A stretch of 64,000 nt of DNA, taken from Candidatus Pullichristensenella excrementipullorum (GTDB taxonomy: Bacteria; Bacillota; Clostridia; Christensenellales; Aristaeellaceae). Both the position numbers and the translations under genes were made by a program. Below are positions 7,627-14,529 of this stretch, piece by piece. The notes under the pieces were generated by a model that saw nothing but the letters and a program-made list of their open reading frames with translations, searched no databases and was not told the origin of the DNA. How positions within the stretch are numbered: the stretch's first letter is position 1; the number at the start of each line of letters is the position of its first letter. Where the stretch lies: NCBI GenBank assembly GCA_018713365.1, contig DVOU01000025.1:34309-98308 (forward strand). The letters are read 5' to 3'.

Positions 7627-8856
7627 TCAATTTGCTTCCGCTTCCGGGGCAGGCGCGCTCGCGGGGGCCGCGGGAGCCGCAGGGGCGGGCGTTTCCGGGG
7701 CGGGCGCGCTGACGGGCGGCGCGGACGGTTGCGGCGAGGGCGCGGCTCCAGTTGCAGCCTGCGCGTCCGCGGGGGGCTGCGGCGCGGCGGTCTCGGCGCT
7801 CTGCGCGCCCTTGCCGCGACGGCGCTCGCGCGGGGGACGCTCCTTTTTGGGGCGCTCGCCCTTCTTCTTGCCCGCGTCGGCGTCCGTCTTGAGCTTTTCC
7901 AGGAACTGGTCGGTGGAGAGGTTCTTGGGCGCCTTCTGATGCGGGTACTTCTTGCGCTTTCCCTGCTCCTCGGCGGGGGGTTCCGCCTCCGGCTCGGGGC
8001 GGCGCTGTTTGGGCTTGGGCGCTTCGCGCACAGCGGCGGAATCGTCCGGGCCGGGCTTGCGCACCTCGTCGATGGCGTATTCGCGCACGTCGAAATCATC
8101 GTCGATCTTGATGCGCACCTTCACGCGCTCGCGGATGGCGTTGATCTCGGCAAGCACGCCCACGCCGTCCGGGGTGACGATGTCCTTGCCCACCTTGGGC
8201 AGCTTTTTCAGCGTCTGGGAATAGCAGTCCTGCTCGTACTTGAGGCAGCACATGAGGCGGCCGCAGAGGCCGGAGATCTTCGTGGGGTTGAGGGAGAGGT
8301 TCTGTTCCTTGGCCATCTTGATGGACACGGGCTGGAAATCGCCCAGAAAGGTGCCGCAGCAGATGGGCCGGCCGCAGGAGCCGAGGCCGCCGAGCATCTT
8401 CGCCTCGTCGCGCACGCCGATCTGGCGCAGTTCTATGCGCATTTTGAAGACGCTGGCCAGATCCTTGACCAGTTCGCGGAAGTCCACGCGGCCATTGGCC
8501 GTGAAGTAGAAGATGATCTTGGAGTTGTCGAAGGTGTATTCGACGCTGACCAGCTTCATCTCCAGTTTGTGCTTGGCCACCTTTTCCTGACAGACGCGGA
8601 AGGCCTCCGCCTCGCGCTTTTCGTTGTGTTCCGCGCGGCGGATGTCCTCTTCGGTGGCGATGCGCACCACTTTTTTCAGCGGCGCGACGATCTGCTCGTC
8701 GGCCACCTCGCGCGCGCCGGTGACGACTTCGCCGAACTCCACGCCCCGCGCCGTCTCCACCACCACGCTGTCGCCCGGACGCGGCCAGACCTCGCAGGGG
8801 TCGAAATAATATACCTTGCCCGCTTTCTTGAAGCGGACGCCGATCACTGTTGCCAT
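7627..8856 (-). CDS. ricT: PSP1 domain protein RicT/YaaT (stage 0 sporulation protein) with a long Pro/Ala/Lys-rich C-terminal tail
   Basis: 409 aa from the ATG at 8856 (RBS GGGAGGA). MATVIGVRFKKAGKVYYFDP...GGLGSCGRPICCGTFL..LCGRLMCCLKYE is the PSP1/YaaT signature. It lies downstream of holB, as in Bacillus. Confidence 0.85.
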   Translation of the reverse strand: MATVIGVRFKKAGKVYYFDPCEVWPRPGDSVVVETARGVEFGEVVTGAREVADEQIVAPLKKVVRIATEEDIRRAEHNEKREAEAFRVCQEKVAKHKLEMKLVSVEYTFDNSKIIFYFTANGRVDFRELVKDLASVFKMRIELRQIGVRDEAKMLGGLGSCGRPICCGTFLGDFQPVSIKMAKEQNLSLNPTKISGLCGRLMCCLKYEQDCYSQTLKKLPKVGKDIVTPDGVGVLAEINAIRERVKVRIKIDDDFDVREYAIDEVRKPGPDDSAAVREAPKPKQRRPEPEAEPPAEEQGKRKKYPHQKAPKNLSTDQFLEKLKTDADAGKKKGERPKKERPPRERRRGKGAQSAETAAPQPPADAQAATGAAPSPQPSAPPVSAPAPETPAPAAPAAPASAPAPEAEAN

Positions 8857-8928
8857 GTGGTATCCTCCCATTATATCAACGCCCTTGCGGGCGCAAGTTT
8901 CGCTTTGCAAAAGGGCGCGGGGCTTTTC

Positions 8929-10050
8929 TCAGACGAGGGAAAAGTACATAGCGTCCAGAGCGTTTTGCCAGGCGACGTTGGCGGCGAGCATGCGCCGCGC
9001 CTCCATCACCGCGAGCATCAGTTTGCGGCCGTCCACGCGCAGGGGCGAAAGTTCCGCGTCCGTGAGCGCTTCCCCTTCCACGCCGTTTTGCCGGGCCATG
9101 CGGTCGCGGCCGATGGTCTCGAAAATGGAAAGTATGTCCTCCTGCCGTTCGCGCTCCTCGTAAAAGGGCGCGGCGGCGGCAGCCACGGAGGATGCGCCAT
9201 CCAGCGCCGCCAGCGAGGCAAGCGCGCGCGCAAGCAGCGGCTCGTAGCCCTCGTCCGCGTTCAGTTCCAGCGCCCGGCCCACCGAGCCGTGGGCAAGGCC
9301 GGCGAGGCGCGCGGCGCGGCCCTCCTCGACGCCCTGACGCGCGAGGACCTGCGCGCAGGCCTCGCGGGTGAGCGGCGCGACGCGCACTGTGCGCAGGCGC
9401 GACTTCACCGTGGACAAAAGCGCCCCCGGCGTATCCGTGAGCAGGAAAAAGACCGTGTCCTGCGGCGGCTCTTCCAGCGTTTTCAAAAGCGCGTTCTGGG
9501 CGCTGGGCGTCATTTTGTCGGCGCGCTCGACGATGGCCACGTGCCAGCGGCCCTCGTAGGGGCGGCGGGAGAGGTAATCCATCAGTTCGCGCACCTCGTC
9601 CACGCCGATGGAGCGGCCCTTGGGGGAAAGCGCGCGCACATCCGGGTGGTTGCCCGACAAAAAGCGCTTGCAGGCGGGGCAGAGGCCGCAGGGGCGCTTG
9701 CCCTCCTCCGCTTCGCAGAAGAGCGCCTGCGCGAGCAGCCGGGCGAGCGTCTTTTTGCCGCAGCCGCGCGCGCCGCAGAAAAGATAGGCATGCGCAAGAC
9801 GCCCGGCGCGCGCCGAGCGCAAAAGATGCCCGATCTCCGGGCCGTGGCCCTCATATCCCAGAACTTTCAAACCGTGCCAAATGCCTTTCTGCGCGCAGAG
9901 GCCCGAAAGCGGCGGAGGACAGCCGTCCCCCGCCGTCAGAGCGCCGATAAAGCCCACAACCGCAAAAATTGCACTGATATATAAAAAATCAGATGCAATT
10001 TTTGCTTCCTGCGTCAGCTGCACTTGCCGCCAGCGGTCACTTACGTCCAT
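8929..10050 (-). CDS. holB: DNA polymerase III subunit delta' (start uncertain)
   Basis: RLAHAYLFCGARGCGKKTLA (Walker A-like) and the zinc module CGLCPACKRF are typical HolB. The ATG at 10050 has an AAGGGAG RBS. It adds about 60 aa, including a hydrophobic stretch, ahead of the usual HolB N-terminus. An alternative TTG lies near 9866. Confidence 0.8.
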   Translation of the reverse strand: MDVSDRWRQVQLTQEAKIASDFLYISAIFAVVGFIGALTAGDGCPPPLSGLCAQKGIWHGLKVLGYEGHGPEIGHLLRSARAGRLAHAYLFCGARGCGKKTLARLLAQALFCEAEEGKRPCGLCPACKRFLSGNHPDVRALSPKGRSIGVDEVRELMDYLSRRPYEGRWHVAIVERADKMTPSAQNALLKTLEEPPQDTVFFLLTDTPGALLSTVKSRLRTVRVAPLTREACAQVLARQGVEEGRAARLAGLAHGSVGRALELNADEGYEPLLARALASLAALDGASSVAAAAAPFYEERERQEDILSIFETIGRDRMARQNGVEGEALTDAELSPLRVDGRKLMLAVMEARRMLAANVAWQNALDAMYFSLV

Positions 10051-10091
10051 GTAAGCTCCCTTGTCGACAAGTGCAGCTTCCTTGGCTTGCA

Positions 10092-10131
10092 GGCTTTCTC
10101 AACGCTCTGACAGTCTGCCCACTTTGTCAAC
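10092..10131 (-). repeat. conserved ~40 nt non-coding core, copy A
   Basis: The minus strand reads GTTGACAAAGTGGGCAGACTGTCAGAGCGTTGAGAAAGCC. It matches 46411-46450 (+ strand) at 35 of 40 positions. Confidence 0.7.
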
Positions 10132-10167
10132 ATCCTGAAACGGAGCGGTCTCCCGCCCCGTTCCTAC

Positions 10168-10497
10168 TTAGATCTTGACGAACTTTTCCACGTTGAGGAC
10201 GAACACCGTAGCGCCGCCGACCACGACCTCGATCGGGTAGGGCACGTAGACGCCCGTGGCGCCGGACATCGGCGAGGGCGAGGTGGCGATCTGCTTTCTG
10301 CTCTTGCAGACCTTTTCAATCACTTCCATGGCGCCGTCGAAGCGCTCATCCTCGACGCCGACCAGCAGCGTGGTGTTGCCGGAACGCAAAAAGCCGCCGG
10401 TGGTGGCCAATTTGGTCACGCCGTAGCCCGCGTCCATCAGCCCGCGCACCAGGCGGGCGGAATCTTCATCCTGTACGATGGCGATGATCAGTTTCAT
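10168..10497 (-). CDS. darA: cyclic-di-AMP receptor protein DarA (PII-like, YaaQ/PstA)
   Basis: 109 aa. MKLIIAIVQDEDSARLV..VTKLATTGGFLRSGNTTLLVGVED...VPYPIEVVVGGATVFVL is near-collinear with B. subtilis YaaQ. Confidence 0.9.
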   Translation of the reverse strand: MKLIIAIVQDEDSARLVRGLMDAGYGVTKLATTGGFLRSGNTTLLVGVEDERFDGAMEVIEKVCKSRKQIATSPSPMSGATGVYVPYPIEVVVGGATVFVLNVEKFVKI

Positions 10498-10529
10498 GCC
10501 GTTTCCCTCCTTCTTGGAGCTTTGCGTAT

Positions 10530-10558
10530 ATTATACATCAAAACGCCGCCGCGCGCAA
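10530..10558 (-). promoter_or_regulatory. sigmaA-type promoter for darA
   Basis: The minus strand reads TTGCGC-17 nt-TATAAT with a TG extension (TGTATAAT). Confidence 0.45.
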
Positions 10559-10577
10559 CCTTTGCGATAAAAAGGGC

Positions 10578-10610
10578 ATACAAAAGCGCTCCCGCGTGGT
10601 GCGGGAGCGT
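10578..10610 (-). terminator. rho-independent terminator after spoIVA
   Basis: The minus strand reads acgctcccgc-accac-gcgggagcgct followed by tttgtat. Confidence 0.65.
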
Positions 10611-10622
10611 GGTTTTGGAGGT

Positions 10623-12101
10623 TTAGAGCAGGATGCAGATCATGCCGCCCGTGCCCTCGTTGATGATTTTTTTGAGCGCTTCCTGCAATTTCATGCGCAC
10701 ATCCTCGGGCATGCGCGTGAGCTTGCTGGCCAGCCCTTCGCGCACCAGATCGCTGAGGGATTTGCCGAAGATCTCCGTATCCCAGATGCCGGCGCGGTCG
10801 TTCTCGAAACCGCTCAGAAGGTACTTGACCAGTTCTTCGGACTGCTTCTCCGTGCCGACGATGGGGTTGACCTCGGTGTCTATGTCCACGCGGATCATGT
10901 GCAGCGAGGGCGCGCTGGCCTTGAGGCGCACGCCGAAGCGCGAGCCCTGACGGACGATCTCCGGCTCCTCGAGCGTCAACTCCTCCATGGAGGGTGTGAC
11001 CAGCCCGTAGCCGGTGGAGCGCACGCTCTCCAGCGCCCCGGCCACGCGGTCGTATTCGCGCTTGGCCTTGACCAGCACCTTCATCAGTTCAAAAAGATGT
11101 TCCTCATCCTTGATCTCCTGTCCGCAGGCTTCGCCGAGTACCTGATAGAAGAGGCCGTCGCGCAGGGCCAGGCGGTAATCGACCGCGCCCTCGCTCAAGC
11201 GGATGTCGGTGACGGCGGCGTCCTCGGTGTAATCGAGGGCGCGCAGGGCCGCGCCCAGCAGCGCGTGGTCGCGCACGCGGCGCATCTCCCCCGCCGCCGC
11301 GCGCACCGCGTCCAGCACGGCGCTGGCCAGCCAGTGGCCCGCGTCCAGCGAAGTCAGCCACGCCGGGGCGGAAATGCGCACCTCGGTGAGCGGGAACTCG
11401 AACAGCACGCTTTCCAGCAGGGCGTTTATGTCCTCCTCGCGCATGTTGAGTACATCCACGGCCATCACCGGCACGCCGTACTGCTTTTCCAGGCTCTCGC
11501 GCAGGCGGCGGGTGTCGGCCTGCTGCGGGTGCGTGGAGTTGAGCAGCACCACGAAGGGCTTTTCCAGCGCCTTCAGTTCCCCGATGACGCGCTCCTCGGC
11601 CTCGAGGTAGGCGGAGCGGGGGATGTCGGTGATGCTGCCGTCGGTGAGTACCACCACGCCGATGGTGGAATGCTCGCGGATGACCTTGCGGGTGCCGATC
11701 TCCGCCGCCTGCTCAAAGGGGATGTCGTGGTCGAACCAGGGCGTGCGCACCATGCGCGTCTGCCCGTCCTCGTCCAGGCCCAGTACGCCGTCGATGAGGT
11801 AGCCCACGCAGTCCACCAGCCGCACGCGGAAGTTGGCCTCGTCGCGCAGTTGCACCTCGACGGCCTCGTTGGGCACGAATCGCGGCTGCGTGGTCATGAT
11901 CGTCCGGCCCGCGCCGCTCTGGGGCAGTTCATCCTGCGCCCGCTCGCGGCGATGCTCGCCGGTCAGGTTCGGAAGCACAAGCAGCTCCATGAAGCGCTTG
12001 ATGAACGTTGACTTGCCGGTGCGAACAGGGCCGACGACGCCCAGGTAAATATCTCCCTCGCATCGACCGGCAATGTCCCGATACAATGTGCTTTGATCCA
12101 T
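10623..12101 (-). CDS. spoIVA: stage IV sporulation protein A (spore coat morphogenetic ATPase)
   Basis: 492 aa from the ATG at 12101, the same length as B. subtilis SpoIVA. The N-terminus is YRDIAGRCEGDIYLGVVGPVRTGKSTFIKRFMELLVLPN (Walker A). Confidence 0.92.
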   Translation of the reverse strand: MDQSTLYRDIAGRCEGDIYLGVVGPVRTGKSTFIKRFMELLVLPNLTGEHRRERAQDELPQSGAGRTIMTTQPRFVPNEAVEVQLRDEANFRVRLVDCVGYLIDGVLGLDEDGQTRMVRTPWFDHDIPFEQAAEIGTRKVIREHSTIGVVVLTDGSITDIPRSAYLEAEERVIGELKALEKPFVVLLNSTHPQQADTRRLRESLEKQYGVPVMAVDVLNMREEDINALLESVLFEFPLTEVRISAPAWLTSLDAGHWLASAVLDAVRAAAGEMRRVRDHALLGAALRALDYTEDAAVTDIRLSEGAVDYRLALRDGLFYQVLGEACGQEIKDEEHLFELMKVLVKAKREYDRVAGALESVRSTGYGLVTPSMEELTLEEPEIVRQGSRFGVRLKASAPSLHMIRVDIDTEVNPIVGTEKQSEELVKYLLSGFENDRAGIWDTEIFGKSLSDLVREGLASKLTRMPEDVRMKLQEALKKIINEGTGGMICILL

Positions 12102-12133
12102 GGAACGCGCCTCCCACCATGATTTGCTGCTTT

Positions 12134-12162
12134 GAACATATGAGGCCGGGCAGGGCATTATG
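12134..12162 (-). promoter_or_regulatory. candidate sigmaE-type sporulation promoter for spoIVA
   Basis: The minus strand reads ATA-16 nt-CATATGTT about 30 nt upstream of the start. This resembles the ATA..CATACA-T sigmaE pattern. Weak evidence, by eye only. Confidence 0.3.
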
Positions 12163-12175
12163 CGCGCGCCGCCGC

Positions 12176-12204
12176 TTGCAATCCCGGCGCGCAGGGCTTA
12201 TAAT
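12176..12204 (+). promoter_or_regulatory. sigmaA-type promoter for the sortase gene
   Basis: TTGCAA (12176-12181), a 17 nt spacer, then TATAAT (12199-12204). Confidence 0.5.
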
Positions 12205-12235
12205 AAAGGAACGAAGATGGATCGGAGGTCGCGGC

Positions 12236-13267
12236 ATGCTCAAACGCCTCAAGGCGCTCCTGATGTGGGGCGACCCTTCCCCGCGCGCACGGCGGCACCG
12301 GCTGTTCTGTCTGGCCTGCGCGCTGATCATGCTCGCCTGTATCGCCTACGCGGCCAGCTACTTTGCCGAGGAGAGCCGCGTGCGGCGGGAGGGCGAGACC
12401 TATCGCGCCATGTACTCCCCCGCGCCGCTTGATACGGAAGCGCCCGCCGCGACGGCGACAGCCTCTCCCACGCCGACGCCGGGCGCGACAGCCACGCCTA
12501 CAACGATTCCTACGCCGGACGCGACAGCCACGCCTGCGCCGACCGCCGCGCCCACGGCTTCCCCGACGCCCACGCCGCTGCCGCTGGTGGAGGACGTGCC
12601 TCTGCCGACGCCGAACGAGGATACCATCGTCTACGCCCTGCCCACAGAGCCGCCGCCGCAGGAGAGCTTTGCCGAACTTCTGCGCTACAACCCGGACACG
12701 GTGGGCTTTCTGACCATTGGCGAAACTGTCGATCTTCCCGTGGTGCAGCGCGAAAACGACAACGAATACTACCTCACCCACGCCTATTCCGGGGAGGAGG
12801 CGCGCGAGGGGGCGCTGTTTCTCGACGGGGCCAACCGTTTGAGCGACGAAAACCTCATCGTTTACGGCCACAACATGCGCAACGGCACCATGTTCGGGGA
12901 ATTGTCGTCCTTCGGCGAGCGGGAGTTCTTGCTGGAAAACGCCGTGGTGCGCTTTGACACGCTCTATGAAAACGCCCTCTACGTGCCCTTCGCCATGTTC
13001 GAGGCCTCCATGGACGAAAATGACGGGCATTACTTCGACGTGCGCCAGATCGTCTTTGACGAAACGTCGTTCGAGCTGTTCGTACTCAAACTGCGGGGCC
13101 GCTCGGTATTCGACGTGCCCGTGGAGGTGGAGTACGGCGACCAGCTTTTGACGCTGGTGACGTGCAGCTACAACGACGACGACGGGCGCTACATCGTCGC
13201 CCTGCGCAAATTGCGCGAGGGGGAGACAGAGGAGGAGATGCGCGCGCTGATGGCGGAGGCGCGGTAA
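12236..13267 (+). CDS. srtB: class B sortase with TM anchor and Pro/Thr/Ala-rich linker
   Basis: 343 aa from the ATG at 12236 (RBS GGAGG). It has a TM helix LFCLACALIMLACIAYAA and a PT-rich linker. The catalytic domain reads NPDTVGFLTIGETVDLPVVQRENDNEYYL..IVYGHNMRNGTMFGEL..LTLVTCSY. Confidence 0.8.
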   Translation: MLKRLKALLMWGDPSPRARRHRLFCLACALIMLACIAYAASYFAEESRVRREGETYRAMYSPAPLDTEAPAATATASPTPTPGATATPTTIPTPDATATPAPTAAPTASPTPTPLPLVEDVPLPTPNEDTIVYALPTEPPPQESFAELLRYNPDTVGFLTIGETVDLPVVQRENDNEYYLTHAYSGEEAREGALFLDGANRLSDENLIVYGHNMRNGTMFGELSSFGEREFLLENAVVRFDTLYENALYVPFAMFEASMDENDGHYFDVRQIVFDETSFELFVLKLRGRSVFDVPVEVEYGDQLLTLVTCSYNDDDGRYIVALRKLREGETEEEMRALMAEAR

Positions 13268-13286
13268 AGGCCAAAATACGTTTCGC

Positions 13287-13319
13287 GGCGGGAGGCAAGC
13301 GCCTCCCGCCGTTGTTTTG
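13287..13319. terminator. bidirectional hairpin terminator (end of the 15 kb operon and of srtB)
   Basis: Hairpin ggcgggaggc-aagc-gcctcccgcc followed by gttgtttt. An A run on the other side serves the minus strand. Confidence 0.7.
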
Positions 13320-13322
13320 TCG

Positions 13323-14528
13323 TTATTCTTTGTTCTTTTCGCTCCCCCGCCGCGCGGAGAGGGCCATCACCAGCGCGCCGGTGAGCGCGGAGAGCGCGCC
13401 CCAGCGGACGAGGCCGGACCAGAAGCGTATCTCGGCGTATTCCTGCGTGCGGATAAAGATGGGCGCGGCCGCGGCGGAAGTGAGCTGCCAGAAGCGCTCG
13501 GTGATGGAGGAAAGCTCCACCAGCACGTCCGGTATCCACTCGGTGAACACGTACATCGGCTCGATGGCCAGCGTGAGAACGCCGTAGGCGGCGGCGAGCA
13601 GGGCGGCGTAGCCCAGCGCCAGCAGAAGGAAGCGCGGCAGAAGGCCGGGCAGCATGTCGCGGAAGTACTCCCGGCGCAGCCGCGCGCGGATGTCCGCGCT
13701 GAGCCCTGCCGTGCGGCAGTTGAGGCGGCGCAGCAGGTACAGGATCAGGTAAAGGCCGAGGGCGATGGCCAGCGCGCGGGCGACGATGCCGCCGCGCATG
13801 GCCTCCTTGTCCGTGTCGGTAAAGGTACCGCCAGCCTGCCAGTTCTCCGCCGCGTCCTCAAAGGCGCGGGACGCGCCCGACTGCGGCAGGGCGACGCCGC
13901 AGACCTCGACGATTTCCATGGGCAGGCGGTCTTCGGCGGCGCTCGCGTAGGGGATGTAGGCCTGATACTGCTCGTATTCCCCCACCGAGCGGCGGTAGCG
14001 CACCACGCCGATGACCTCGTAGCGCTCTGTACCGATGGTCAGCTCGCGCCCGATGGGGTCGGCGGTGGGAAAGAGTTTGAAGGCCAGCGGTTCGTCGAGG
14101 ACGATGCAGCGGTCGCCGTCTTTCAATTCCTGCTCGGTCATCAGGCGGCCGGAGACGAGGTAGCGCGGGTAGACCGAAAACCAGTTTTCGCCCACCGCCG
14201 TCAACGTCGCCGTGGCGCTGCCGCCCTCGCCGGAGAGGGCGACGCCGTAGTCCCGCGCGGCGATGGAGGACGCCGCAAGGACTTCCAAGAGGTCTTCCTC
14301 CGCGCGCGCCTGCCATGCCTCGCAGAGCTTTTGCAGCGCGCCGCTCTCCTCCTGCTGCGCCGTCTGTTCCTCCTGCCCGGACGGCTGCGGCGCGGCCTCG
14401 TCCGTGGGGGCGACGATGCAGTACTGGAGAACGGAGGGCTGCAGCGCGAGCATGCACAGCCCCGCGGCCATCAACAGCGCGCCCAGCGCCAGCAGCCATT
14501 TGCCGCGCGTTTTCCGCTTCTTTTCCAT
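13323..14528 (-). CDS. membrane protein with a MacB-like periplasmic core domain (ABC permease-like, atypical)
   Basis: 401 aa. It has an N-terminal TM helix, then an extracytoplasmic domain (YLVSGRLMTEQELKDGDRCIVLDEPLAFKLFPTADPIGRELTIGTERYEVIGVV, a MacB_PCD-like signature). Three or four C-terminal TM helices follow. Confidence 0.5.
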   Translation of the reverse strand: MEKKRKTRGKWLLALGALLMAAGLCMLALQPSVLQYCIVAPTDEAAPQPSGQEEQTAQQEESGALQKLCEAWQARAEEDLLEVLAASSIAARDYGVALSGEGGSATATLTAVGENWFSVYPRYLVSGRLMTEQELKDGDRCIVLDEPLAFKLFPTADPIGRELTIGTERYEVIGVVRYRRSVGEYEQYQAYIPYASAAEDRLPMEIVEVCGVALPQSGASRAFEDAAENWQAGGTFTDTDKEAMRGGIVARALAIALGLYLILYLLRRLNCRTAGLSADIRARLRREYFRDMLPGLLPRFLLLALGYAALLAAAYGVLTLAIEPMYVFTEWIPDVLVELSSITERFWQLTSAAAAPIFIRTQEYAEIRFWSGLVRWGALSALTGALVMALSARRGSEKNKE

Positions 14529-14529
14529 A

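Noticed and set aside
7729-9984. 751 aa plus-strand ORF over ricT/holB
   Set aside because: It is antisense to two recognisable genes and its translation is low-complexity.
10092-10131. The conserved core read as a simple sigmaA promoter because it begins with TTGACA
   Set aside because: In both copies the sequence 16-19 nt downstream is GAGCGT, not a -10-like hexamer. The conservation also extends about 20 nt beyond where a promoter would end.
12008-12235. Upstream 76 codons of the sortase ORF in the track
   Set aside because: This segment overlaps the spoIVA start and the divergent promoter region. The ATG at 12236 has a GGAGG RBS and gives a normal N-terminal TM anchor.
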